A stretch of DNA of 64,000 nt from Lama guanicoe (GCA_013239625.1 MU053559.1:3474607-3538606); one strand, 5' to 3'. Positions 51,432-63,310 are shown, numbered from the stretch's first letter. Notes: generated from the sequence alone by a model not told the origin. Numbers and translations are program-made.

Positions 51432-51481
51432 TTCTCTCTCTCTCTCTCTCCCTCTCTCTCTCCCTCTCTCTCTCTCTCCCT
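51432..51481. repeat. NDP: Interrupted (CT)n polypyrimidine tract of NDP exon 1/promoter
   Basis: 50 consecutive pyrimidines. Confidence 0.95.
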
Positions 51482-51522
51482 GTGTCGCTTAAACAACAGT
51501 CCTAACTTTTGTGTGTTGCAAA

Positions 51523-51530
51523 TATAAAAG
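51523..51530 (+). promoter_or_regulatory. NDP: TATA box (TATAAAAG)
   Basis: Perfect TATAWAAR consensus about 110 bp upstream of the exon 1 donor. Confidence 0.7.
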
Positions 51531-51747
51531 GCAAGCCATGTGACAGAGGGACAGAAGAACAAAAGCATTTGGAAGTAACAGGACCTCTTTCTAGCTCTCA
51601 GAAAAGTCTGGGGAGAAGGGAGCCCTGCGTTTCCCCCAAGGTAAGCAAGGAAAACAGCGCTGACGGCTTGCCTAGGAAATGACTTCTTTCCAAACCGAGC
51701 ATTTCATCCTCCTCGCAGACAAAGAGACAACCTTTAAATACCACTTA

Positions 51748-51775
51748 AATTTGCATTAATTTAATTTGCATTAAT
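51748..51775. promoter_or_regulatory. Tandem octamer (POU) motifs
   Basis: aatttgcattaat twice at a 15-bp period; ATTTGCAT at 51749-51756 and 51764-51771. Confidence 0.5.
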
Positions 51776-54700
51776 CTGTAGCTTGCTAGCATTGTGTTTT
51801 TTTAAATGAACGGGTCTTTGAAGTCTGTGACAGAGCAGGGGAGCCTCGCAGAGCGGCTGGAAAATCTCTTTTGGTTTGACTGAAAGAGATTTGATTTTCA
51901 AACTCTCTGCGTAGTTAGATGTAACTTTGTAATGGTTCTTATATTTGACCCGGTGCAAGGAGAATGAGAAGCAGCTACTCGCCGACATGGATTCATGGAG
52001 CCCCGGTATCTTTCCCACCGCCCTCATCCCTGCTACAGTGGGGGCACTATTAACGCGGGCAAGCCTTCGAGTTTAAAAGCGCACTGTTTACTTTTATTAC
52101 TACTTCTGTATGCTGCTGATCGCCTGCCAGGGCTCTGCCGGAGTGCTTAGAATGACTTCAAACAATAGGCAACATTTATTTCTAGCTTTCTGTGTCACGC
52201 TTTGCAGGAATCCGGTTCCTTTGCACTCTTCTCCCAACGTGCAAGGACTCCACTTCCATAAATGCGGTCAGGAGCGCTGGGGAGAGAGGAGGATGGGTTT
52301 ACTATAGGATTTTGATTGGGCAAAAAGTCCGAGGAAATGCATGCTGTTTGACTTGGCCTTATTGCAAAGGGTTATTTTTAGTAGTCAGCTTGTCTCTGCA
52401 GCCCGACCGATGCTCCCCTGTCCAAGCAGTGACCGGGAAAGGATGCACAGGGACCAGGACCTGTAGGAATGGCTTCTACAAACACCTGAGGAATAGTCAG
52501 GGGGTTCTTTCAAACTCCTGAATACAAGTTCTCTCTTTAAATGAACAATTGGGCTGTAGGAGGCCTGGGCATAACTCTTTCTTGGGGAACGGGAAGTTTG
52601 ACTGTGTACAGAATGTTAATGACTCAGAACGCCCTGTAACTGAGGCTCATTGTAATCGAGGAGCCGAGGTTAACCTGCCTGGTCTCTGCTGAGATTCAGG
52701 TGCGGGAAAGGAAGCTATTGGGCAAGTTGGGAGTCCCACGTTCTCTGCTTTGTAACAATCATCAATAGCAGATACGGTTGCTATGAAACATGTCTCTTCG
52801 TTTCTGTTATTAGTGTATTTTAATTCCAAGGTGCTGGCATTGGCAAATTGCTCCAACAAGTAACATTAAATATACCAGGCGCATTTGAAAACTTAGAGAT
52901 GCCTGAAAGGCGGAGTTGGCTGGAGGTGCCTACCAAATACAGTGGGGACTGCAAGATGCTTCTCAATTGTGTGTGTAGACCACAGGCAACCATCTGCCCA
53001 TTTTCTTCTCACTAGTCTGGCTTCTGAAAGTAAATTCAGGGTCCTAGCCACCAGTTTTCATTGTGGAGTGGGAATGTGGTTTAGGAGGTACTTTTTTCTG
53101 ATTTTCTCCAGTAACTAGCCTGACGAACCTTGTTGAATGAAAATTGGACTTTTGAATTGAGCTAATTTACAACTTTGGGATAGTCACTATTTGAGAAAGC
53201 CTGAAAAGATACCATGGATTCTATGGTTATACAATTTGAAACCACTACTGTTAAACGCAGCATTTGGCTGCCTGAAAACAAAATTGTCTTAAACTATTAT
53301 TCAGATCATTATGTGAGAGGGTCTGAGCACAAAATGCAATGTTTTGCATCACTTACTTTAAAACACATTTGGTTCAGGTAAAAGGCTCAGGTCTTCTTGA
53401 CCACTGTGTACCAAACAGCTGACACCCACAGATGGAAACACGCCTGTGGAGTTTTCAATCTTAATTCGAGTTCCAATGACACTGTCAAGGGGAGAATAAA
53501 TCATTTTTCAATACATTTAACAATTTCCAACTCATTTATTTTCCTCAGCCCTTGACAAATGTGGTGAGTTTCTCGGAATTATAGCCACCAATGGTGGTCG
53601 GCAATTTTTACTGTATTTTCAGGACTCACAATTCAGGTATACTATTATTCTTATTGGTTAATTATTCATGTCACCGTCCTTTGGATAAAGTATGCTAGTC
53701 CTGATTTTCAGTCTACATGCCATCTCCAGTTAGATGTTGGAACTGAAATGGACTCTGCCAATGGGTAAACTGATCAATGAGTTCCTTGTTAAAAAGAACC
53801 GTTTCAAATGACTGCTGGAACCTGGATTGACTTGAAATGATTGTCGCTTATCAATGGGTTTTCTTTCCATTTCTGATTAAGGGGTTCCCCTTAGACCTGT
53901 GTCACTGGCTCTTGGGGACACGTCACTCACAGCTAGCACAGCCCGGATCTTTCCCACCTGGGTAGGAGAAGCCTGGAGAAAAGACAGTTTCTTCTTTCCC
54001 TGCTCCCTTGAGCACCCTTTGGAAAGGACCACGTGCTGTCTCTGTCAGGGATGGCTGTGAGTCATCTACTCAGCGGCTGCCATCAGGGCCACTTGATGAG
54101 TCATTGAATTAGAAACATGCACAGAGGAAGACGCTGTCACCATCTCCCACCACTTACTTGTCCCACCCCCGGATCCAGAAACCAATGGCCTCTGGGCCTG
54201 GCCTCCATTCAAGGGGCCCCCGGGAAGAGGTTGCCGAAAGTCATTTCCCAAACCCGATTCTCCATCAGAGCCACTAACAAACAGGGTTGCATTTAAATCA
54301 TCTAGTCTTGGGGTGTCTGACTCGGGTGGGTTACTGAAGGAAAAAAAAAAAAAACCCTGAAGACAGCATCACGAGAGTCCTTGATTTGGTCCTTATCAGC
54401 AGCTAATCTGCCATGGTTGGATTAAAATGCCTCTGACTCCCCGGGGTGCCTGACTCACCCTAGCCAGCCCTCAGCTCCCTGGCCTGTGGCCTTCGAGCCC
54501 ATCCTCACCTCTTCCCATGACAGTCAGCTAAGGCGACTGTGTCCAGGCACCCTGGCGAGCCAGTGGGAGCAGAAGGGATGGGGCAGCAGGTGGCAGGACT
54601 GCGAAGTGATAAAGAGGAGGAGGGAAGCTAGGCCCTGGGAGGGTGGGTGAGCTCCGAGGCCCAGATTGCTGTGGCCGGCCCTGGCTGTGATCAGCTGTCA

Positions 54701-56367
54701 TTTCCTCTTCGTGTATGACACTGTGGAACATATTAAAATTTCTCTGGGATGGTATGTTTGGAATTCCTCTGATGCCCCACCTCACCAACTTACCCAGACA
54801 ATAAAAGCAAGGTTGTAAGCCTTTGAACAGCTGGCAGGCTATATATTTCCCCTCTTTCTTTCGCATAATCTAATTCCGAAAAGAATCTAGCTAGACTGGC
54901 AGTGCCATGTCTAGGCACTTGTTTCCTGCAAGTCCTTCCTCCACCACCTCCTCCCGCCCTCACTGGAATCTTCCTGGGTGGCATGTGGCTTTTCTTTTCT
55001 TTTGCTCTCCGCCACTCCCACCCCGCCCCCTTCTCCCTTCGCCTGAGCTCCTTCCATTGTGCGCCTGCTCTTTGCTCTGCCTGTTTTCCAGGCAGCCTGG
55101 GTCCTGTTCCATCCGGGGACAAGAGCCCAGGAGGTCTCCCCATCTCCATAGTATTCCCAGGATGTCATTCTTGGCAGCGCCTCGGCCGGCCGGGCTGATA
55201 GGATGGGGGGTCTTTCTTGGAGCGCCCGAGCCTGAACCCCCCTCGCAGAGAGGAGCAGCCTCATGGCTTCGCTGCCCTTTAGGCGGCTGGGAGCAGGGCT
55301 GGAGTGACCCGGGTTGGCGGGGACAAGCATACCATCACAGTGACCCGCACATCTCCGGCCCAGGGCTGGGGGTGGGGGCGCTATGGGAACGCCTGGATGC
55401 ACTCCGGCCTACATTAAGAGAAATGTGGTGATTCTCTGTTTCAGGGAGAGAGACAAGTGACTTGGAAACAAAGCTCCCTGGGTCCTTGGGCCCTCCCCCG
55501 CCCCCTTGCTCGGTCAGTTCTTCCCTTCCCAAGGAGAAAGAAGGAGAGATGGGACTTTTAATTTGGTTTGTGCAGGCCTGAGTGTCTTTATGAAACCCAC
55601 TTCGTGAGGGGGAGAGGGGAGAAATGGATCCTGGGCTGAGCTGAACTAAAAATGCATGGGGCTGGGGAGACAGGGAGGACTTTTTTCTTTTTTTCTCCCC
55701 CCACCCCACTTTTCTTTAAACAGTAGAACAACAGATTGGTTTCTGAGTTGCAAATGGAAGGAACTGGACTTCTCAATTAGACATTCCCATTTAAGAGCCT
55801 CATGCAACCCCCTCTGTGCAGCATCCTTCAGAGATGCTGCTCATGTCCTTGGGACCAAAAGGTATTAAGGAGCAGCGGACAATGCAGCTTCCTATTCCTT
55901 TTCTTTTCCTGGGGGATTAGGTCGTCTTTTCCAAATTAACTCAAGTTCATTAAAAACACCCAAAAGGAAAATTTTAACGCAGCTGAATTAAAATGAGTCT
56001 TTTCCTGTTCACTTGACAAGAAGTGGGGTCGGGGAGGGGGAAGAAAGGAAAGACAAGAAAGAGAAGAAAGAACCAACACCCCTCCTCTGCCACTTCTTGG
56101 GTTTTAATATGAATTATTCCATACAAGTCCCCAGGCTAGAAGATCTATTTAAAGACGCCTGGCAGCATGAAGGGAGAGGGTAAAAATACAACCACTCTTT
56201 TGTCCATCAAAGGTTTTCTTTGGGAGGACATTAAGAGCATTCCTATTTTCCTGTCTGCCCCTGCCAGTGGCAACATTCCAGCTGGTAGTGCCCACCATAA
56301 ACTTCTCTGTTTAAGTCCAAGAGAAAACAAAGGGTGGGGAATCCTGCTGAAGCCCCCTCCCCACCCC

Positions 56368-56413
56368 CGTGTGTGTGTGTGCGTGTGTGTGCGTGCGCGT
56401 GCCCACGCGTGCA
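56368..56413. repeat. Alternating purine-pyrimidine (GT/GC) tract
   Basis: cgtgtgtgtgtgtgcgtgtgtgtgcgtgcgcgtgc, then cacgcgtgca. Confidence 0.9.
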
Positions 56414-57611
56414 GCGGGATGGGAGAGGCTGGTACCACAGTGAGTGCTGGCTTGGCTATGCGGGTTGCATGCTGCAAATTCACACACCCACACATTTGGG
56501 TTTCTGAGGAAGATCTTGCCGATGGCGTTCTTCCTGGTGCCAGCTGCTCTCACATCTGCAAAGCTCTTTTCTCGTGAGTCTGGTAATAGTTTGCCTGGTG
56601 CCATTCATGCTTACTGTCCCCTCCTCGGAGTCTGAACGGGTGAGCGCATACTGCTAAGAGTCACACCCCCAGACCCATTTTCAATAGTCAGGGCCTAACA
56701 CCCTGGATGGGGTGCAGAATCTGGGACAACTCTTTTTTTGTTAGATAGACTGCTGACTCAGAAAATTCAAAGAATGGGCAATTTATCCCTTCTGCTTAGA
56801 ATCAGGAATTCATCCCGTTAGAGTCCATTTCACCCTGATGTCCAAATCGGCACGTGAACATGGACTATAGCTTTCAACTCAGTTCTATCAGATTTGCAGT
56901 AGATATGTTTTTCTTTTTGTTTTTTGACAAAAGCGACGACTTTTTCATACTCTTTTCTCTCTTCCAAGGCCTGGCTCAGTCCCAGTTTTTTCTTTTAAAC
57001 TGTGATCCAACCAATTGCAATATCCTTTAAAAATGAAAGGGCAACAGGTTAATACATTCAAGAAAGCTGATGAACTGTCAGAAAATGCTCAGGGCTGACC
57101 CTTCCGCAGTGCCACCAACCAACAATAGCGCTAAAGACGGAGTTCCCTCTCATCCTTCCATCAATAGGGAATACAAGTAGGAACAGAGCAGGCCATGGGA
57201 GAAGGAACAAAAGAGAAGGAAGAAGGATTATTTTTGATGTTCAAAATCTGCCACTGGAAATTTGCAAATAGCACAATTTCAGAAAGGGAAGCTTCCCTTA
57301 ATTTCACCTACTCCCTCCCAGGAAGAGGGGTTTGAACTCTGAGGTTGCCTCCTTTACTTGACATAAGAAAAGGAAGTCAATTCTTCCAGTGAAACAATAT
57401 CCCCCTTCCTTAACTCTAAGAAAATGTAGGCACACCCATTCCCCATATGGATGTGAAGAGTCAAAGAAATTAATCAAAGTGCGATTTTTCTTTATGGCGC
57501 CAGGCAATATTTAAGGACTTAATACATTTCTGTGATTTTCCCCTAATTATGGGAAATTACTTCTTTTCAGAATTTGACTTTTTCTTGGAGGTTGGAAATC
57601 CAAAAGTGACA

Positions 57612-57935
57612 GAATCGAATTGTTACAGGAGAACTGGTGATCCAAAGACGTAGCTTGAGTGTGCATGGTTTAAGCAAAGCAAAATCCAGACAGGAAACCA
57701 AAAGCCCACTAAGTTCGGAGTTATTCATAATATATTACTAATATAATTACTAATATATTATATTATACTAATATTATATGTTAGTATAATTATATTATAA
57801 TCATTATTATAATATATTACTAATAACACTGAATTTAGCGGGCTTTTGTTTTTCTGCCTGGATTTTGCTTTAGTTAAGCCGCACATATTTGAGCTATGTC
57901 TTTGGATCACCAGGTCTCCTGTAACAACTCGATTC
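57612..57935. repeat. Long inverted repeat, 114-bp arms around a 96-bp AT-rich core
   Basis: 57612-57725 versus the reverse complement of 57822-57935: 94/114 identical, no gaps. Confidence 0.95.
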
Positions 57936-59502
57936 CTTTTTCTGTGATCTTCTTCTAACCGTGCCCCTTTGACATGAGTCTGTGTCCACAAGTGTTCCTT
58001 CTGGATGGCAACAGGATTGAATTCAGTGTTCAAGTCCCACCATTGGGCAGAAAAAGGCAAATTGGATGGGGAATGGAAAGACGGAGTTGCGCCTATGGTT
58101 TATGCCCCATTTCTAACTAAGGGATCTACAGCTGTTAGGTGAGATTACTACCCACCATTCCAAAACGTTCTTGCGGGTGAGGAGATTCAAATACAGCTTT
58201 GGAAACACTTTGCTGGACACTTTGAAGAAAAACCAACATACTCATTTGGCTCCAGGGTAAAAGGGAGCTTGCACCCTGAGCTAACGTTGGTCACCTCCCT
58301 TCTCCTAAGGCCACACCACAGCCAGCAGAGCCAGTGTCAAATGAAATCAGCACCAGGGTCCCCAGGACACCTGGGCACCTTTTCTTTTCCACGGGAAGAG
58401 GGTAAGTGCATGTTTTGGCGAGACTGCGTCCCCTGGGGTGGGTATCTCCGAACTGTCCTGCTTTCTGTCCAAAGGGTCTTACACAAGGTGAATAGTAGAG
58501 TGTGTCTCATTCTTCACATGAAAGCCCCTTCCTAGGAGAGAGTGGATGAACTGAAGGGACCCTTCCCTTTCTAGATTGTGCTATTTCAAAGGGCAGTGGC
58601 AGATTTTAAACAGAAAGATAATCCTTCTTCCTTCCCTTCTGTGACTTCTTTTGTGGCTTCCTCTTTCTCTAGTTTTATTCTCTATTGATGAAAGGATGGA
58701 AGGGGACTCCATGTTTAGGACTACTGTTGATTTTTGGTGCCGCAGATAGGTCACCCGTAAGCGTCCTCTGACAGCTCATCACTGTATCAGTCACAGCTTT
58801 TAGTGAAGTGGTAGGTTTATAGAAATAATCCAAACCCCCAGAGGAAGAGACTTCAGCCGTATCCTGCTGCTTGACACCTGGGTAATCAGACTTGGTCATT
58901 TGCAATTTATATAAGTTTTGTTCTCTGAAAGTCAGTTAGTGATGTCAGCCATTAAGAACTCAGGAGTCCTTCCATAGAAACTATAGAAGCCCCTAGAAGC
59001 CCAGCACAGGATCCAAGAGCCATACCCAATGGGCAGTTCTTTTAGACCCAAGTCTGTGTCATCGTCATCATCAAATGAAAGAAGTTTTATTCTACCATGG
59101 TTTAGCCTTTCTCCTCTGTCCATTTGGTGGAAACTGTAAAGAAACACTATACATTTTAAGACGGTTTTAAGGAAATAGGAACTAGTTAAATATCCTTGCT
59201 AACTGCTTCCTGTTATTAACAAAACGTTATTAATTTATAAACCATATTAGTACATTCAAACACCAAGTTAAGTGGTTATTAAGGGCTATTTTTATTTCAG
59301 GGCACCAATACAGCCTCCTCAAGGGACAGATTCCTATAGCTTGGCCTTCAAATTTTGGCTCAGGCACCACATTAGAACTTGTTTGGACTTTTCTGTAATT
59401 GTTAACTTCTTGAGTAAGACAGGAACTCTTTTCGTAGTATTTCTTTGGGGAATAGATAGCCCTGAAGCAGGTGTGTACTCTGAGAAGCATGGGTAGAGTG
59501 AG

Positions 59503-59660
59503 TGAATGTTAGAAGTGGGTAGACCCATAGAACCATCTAGACCAATCCGTTCATTTTGTGGATGAGAAAACTGAGTCTCAGAGAAGGCAAGTGACTTGCT
59601 CAAGATGGCACAGCCAAGGACAGGAACATAGGGCTCAGAGCTTGCAGCTCCGTGGAGCCG
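59503..59660 (-). mobile_element. MIR3/MIRc
   Basis: catctagaccaatcc.ttcattttgtggatgagaaaactgagtctcagagaagg.aagtgacttgctcaagatggcacagc. Confidence 0.8.
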
Positions 59661-62441
59661 CCTTCCTGTCACCAGAGCAGACAGCAGTAAAATGCTCCTC
59701 CAGTTCCAGAAGGTTGTAGAATAGTGATCCAATATTTCTGACAAATGGGTGCAAAATACCGGGACGCTAACAACAGAGGCTAGAAATGGGTTTGGGGAGG
59801 AAGCGATGAAAACTATAGATAAGTGGGTGTTTGGATAACAATGAGCAGTTCCTCTGGATTTCCTGAAAGATCAGAATTTTAAGTTCCAGTCAGTCTCAAG
59901 GTCCAGTCCTCCCACACCAGTCCCTCCCCAGACACTACAACTATTCAAGCCAAGGACACACACACAGGTGGGGCCACTTGACAGGTGGCCAGAAATTACT
60001 TCTATTCCCAGTCCTTCTTTTTCACAGCCCTCTTTATCCCAGGCTTGTGATTTATTGTTCCTTTCCCAGACTACACTTCTCCTTCCCTTTTGCTTCCCCC
60101 ATCTCTTTTCTTGCTCCATCACTGTCACTGCTGAGTTTGGCCACACTCGCCTAGTAAATGCAGGCTGGGAGAAGACAGACTATCCCAGACTGGAGAACTG
60201 TTATTAAATTACAAGGGTGTCGTTTTTCTCCTCAGATGGCACTATGAGGGCAGGCTTTGCCTCCTGCACTCCCCCACCTCGGAGCAGCTCCCTCCCCACT
60301 GACCTTGTGTCTGCCCATCCTTGGAGATACCTGGGGGGTGGGGCGCAGGCTGGAGGGCTGACAGTGTTCACAGTCAGGACCGCTGCCTCTGGTCAGCCCA
60401 GGCTTGGCTTCTTGGCTGCTTCTGATGTACTGCCAGACAGAAATAATATCAAAAACCATTCATTGTGTGCACGGGATGCTTTATAAAATTCAACATGCTG
60501 TTTACAGTTTATAAATTAAGTGCCTTGGGAAGAAGCGTCTGACTTATTCTCCCAGGCATCTCGTGGACTAGATCCAGTTGGAATTCTTTAAGTTCCTGTG
60601 AAGGAGCTACTTAGCATTTCACACTCTCTGATTAGACTTCGAGTTTCTTGCTTTTCTAATCTTAGTGTGAAGTGTTATCTAGGGGCAAGCTTTCTTCCAC
60701 CTTTAAGTCTCTGGGGGTTTTTGATGTTGTTGTTTTGTTTGTTTTTGCAAATCCTTGGAGAGAGGCTCTGTGTTCTGCCATCTTTACTTTACCCACGCCT
60801 GATATGATTGTTCTAAATTACAGTAAATAACAAATAATTCTGTCTGTCACCCTGACGTCATTCCAAAGTCATTATATTTGATTTGCTTAACTTGATCTTC
60901 TTAGAAATGATGCAATGGTTGTTGCCTATGAATTAGATGCTAAGGGAGTTCACCAGTGTGTCCTCAAAATCACCCAGGCGGACAACAGGCTGAGACACTT
61001 TGCTTGTGGATGCAGTGAGCTGGGAGAGGGAACTAAACTAGACCTTTTTTTTCCCCCTGGCTGTTATTGCTTATCTGCTAGAGCAAAAGGAGACACATAG
61101 TAGGTGCTCATTGAATATGTGTGAAGTGGATATTTGTAGAAAGAAGCCATGGCAGAGGGAGGGGTGGGGTAATACCTGTATGTATTGTACTGAAAACAGC
61201 CCGGGACTGGGGCAGGGGGTGATGTACTAATACCGAGCACCGCCCTCCCCTGCCTGGCAAGCAGAGCAAGGATAAGGCCACTCTTGGCACATGCCACGTG
61301 TCTTAGCCTGTTGCTGGAATCACTTGTGTGAAAGCAGCACTTTTCCCTTTGCCAGGCAGAAGGTCAGCCCAAGAGTGAGCTGATCTGTGGACACGACACC
61401 ATCTCTCACCCAGGAGGCTGGGCCCACTGTAAGCTCTGCTATATTATTTCGCTGAGGATGACAGGTGGGGAAATCTGGGCACCAGTTGTTCTTTTCCACT
61501 GGTATCGTTTGGAGGGTAGCTCCAAAGTCGGGCACGCCAGCCTACGTGCCTCTCCTGCCGGCAGAGGCTCCACATTGGAGCTATTAGAATGTGGGCTCTG
61601 TACATCGGCCAAGTCCATGTCTCAGAGACTGTCCTCAGCACACGGAGCAGCCTGGGGCTATTGAGTTCAGCAAGAGAGTTGCTTTTCTGCTTCAGTCCAT
61701 CACTAGCTGGGCTGATGTTCCAAGTCTTGAGAGGCAGCATTTGATTTTGATGCTATGTGGCTTTTTAAAAAATGAAAGCAAATTAGAATAAATTTCGTTT
61801 TGAGAACAGTGACAGAAGCTCCTGCAAGGCAGACATAGATACCCGTAGGCTGCCTTTAAACGGGGATCTCGAAGTGATGTCAACTTCCTCCATTCCTGAT
61901 TTTCCTCTTTGTGACTGCTTCCCCGGGCTCTCTGCTGCGCACATCCTGACCAACACAATGCTAAGGCAACTTGACTTAACATCACTTTTTTCTTGAGCAT
62001 TATATTTATGTCTTCTTCAGCACGCAGTGTTGGTTCATTCCATTTGAAAGCTTAAGGCATTAATTCCAGTGTTATCTTGCAAGGATCATGCCTTCGTGTC
62101 TTGAGGGTCTGTGAGTTCTATGCCGTATTTACATGGTCGCTTGCATTCTCATTTCAGAGTTTAATATAACAACTGAACAAAAAACATCCTGCTTTATGAG
62201 TGTGTTGAAATGAAAAATCTATTTCTTATTAGTGCTGAAGCAATATTTCTTCTGTCATTCTTTTATACTTTATCTTTATTACTACTTCTGGGTTCAGCTT
62301 ATTATCCCTAAAGAGACAATCAGATATTAAAGTTTCATTTTGTGTGACACTAACTACCTCTTTATCAGTATCAACTTCATAACATTTGCTTGCGAAAGTA
62401 TTTTATTCACCTTTCAGGAAAAACCAGTTTTCAAATGTGCT

Positions 62442-62474
62442 TGCAATTCAGAATTTTGCTACTAGGTGGCAGTA
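62442..62474 (+). promoter_or_regulatory. Candidate CTCF site (core plus upstream module)
   Basis: Core CtACTAGGTGGCAG at 62459-62472 (13/14 to CCASYAGRKGGCRS), with TGCAATTC starting 17 bp upstream. Confidence 0.55.
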
Positions 62475-62651
62475 GTGCACAAGAACAAAATGGTCCACCT
62501 GGAGGACTATTTGACCAAGACACAAGCATATCTTCCCATATTTATGAGGGATAAAAGCATATACTATTAAAATGCTCAAACTGGTACAAACATTAAACAT
62601 CTATTAACTGAATTACTATTTTTAAGCCAAGCTTTGAAGAGAGAAGGTATT

Positions 62652-63310
62652 ATTTTTTTAATGAAATTTTGAATTGGTCATACATTCACAAGTTCAAACA
62701 TCTACGAATTTTTAAAAGGTATACAGTGAAAGGTCTTTCTCCCATATCTGTCCTCCAACTCCCACAGGTAACTAACTGTATAGTTTCTTGAGTATCCATC
62801 CAGAGCTTTTCCACGTAAATACAAATTAACACAAATATGTATTCTTGTCCCTCCTTGTTTTAACACAAATCAATAGTTTCTGCATCCTTCCTCACAGAGT
62901 TGCGTGGTATTCCATTGCATGAATGTTGTAGATTTAATCAGTCCCCGACCGATGGATATCTTGTGCTGTTTCCAAGTTGATGCTGTGACAACTAGTGCTG
63001 TAGTGAATAACCATATGCTTGTGTGATCTCCCATGGAGCCTAGTTCTCAGAAGTGAAATTACTGCATCTAAATCATACGCGTTTTCAATTTGAATAGCTG
63101 TTGCCAAATTGGCTTCTACGGAATTTGCACCACTTTTCACTGCACTCTCTCCAACATGAACCTGTTTTCCCACAGCCCTGCCAACAGGGTGCACGATCGG
63201 ACTTTGGAATTTGTGTCAGGTTGACTGGTTGCACAAAGTACCTCAAAGTACTTTAGTTTTCATTTCTCTCTGATAAGCGATGGTGCCCATCTTCATTTAT
63301 GTTTCTTTTT
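62652..63310 (-). mobile_element. L1ME-like 3' fragment
   Basis: aaaaggtatacagtgaaa..agtttcttgagtatcc.tccaga..gtattccattg..agaagtgaaatt..tgccaaattg. Confidence 0.75.

Larger units (their letters stand above)
51241..51640 (+). other. NDP: NDP (Norrin) proximal promoter and non-coding exon 1; 5' boundary uncertain
   Basis: Matches my recollection of the human NDP 5'UTR (gagcgcctcacatttccgtggc..CT repeat..gtgtcgcttaaacaacagtcctaac..ggacctctttctagctctcagaaaagtctg); ends at the consensus donor AAG|GTAAGC; locally CpG-rich. Confidence 0.88.

Noticed and set aside
51004..51568. ORFs spanning the N gap
   Set aside because: Artefacts of the gap and of the CT/GA repeat.
54907..55431. Overlapping 160-175 aa ORFs on both strands
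   Set aside because: Explained by local GC richness and scarce stop codons.
57284..57299. Perfect 16-bp palindrome aagggaagcttccctt
   Set aside because: About one such palindrome is expected by chance in 64 kb (64000/4^8).
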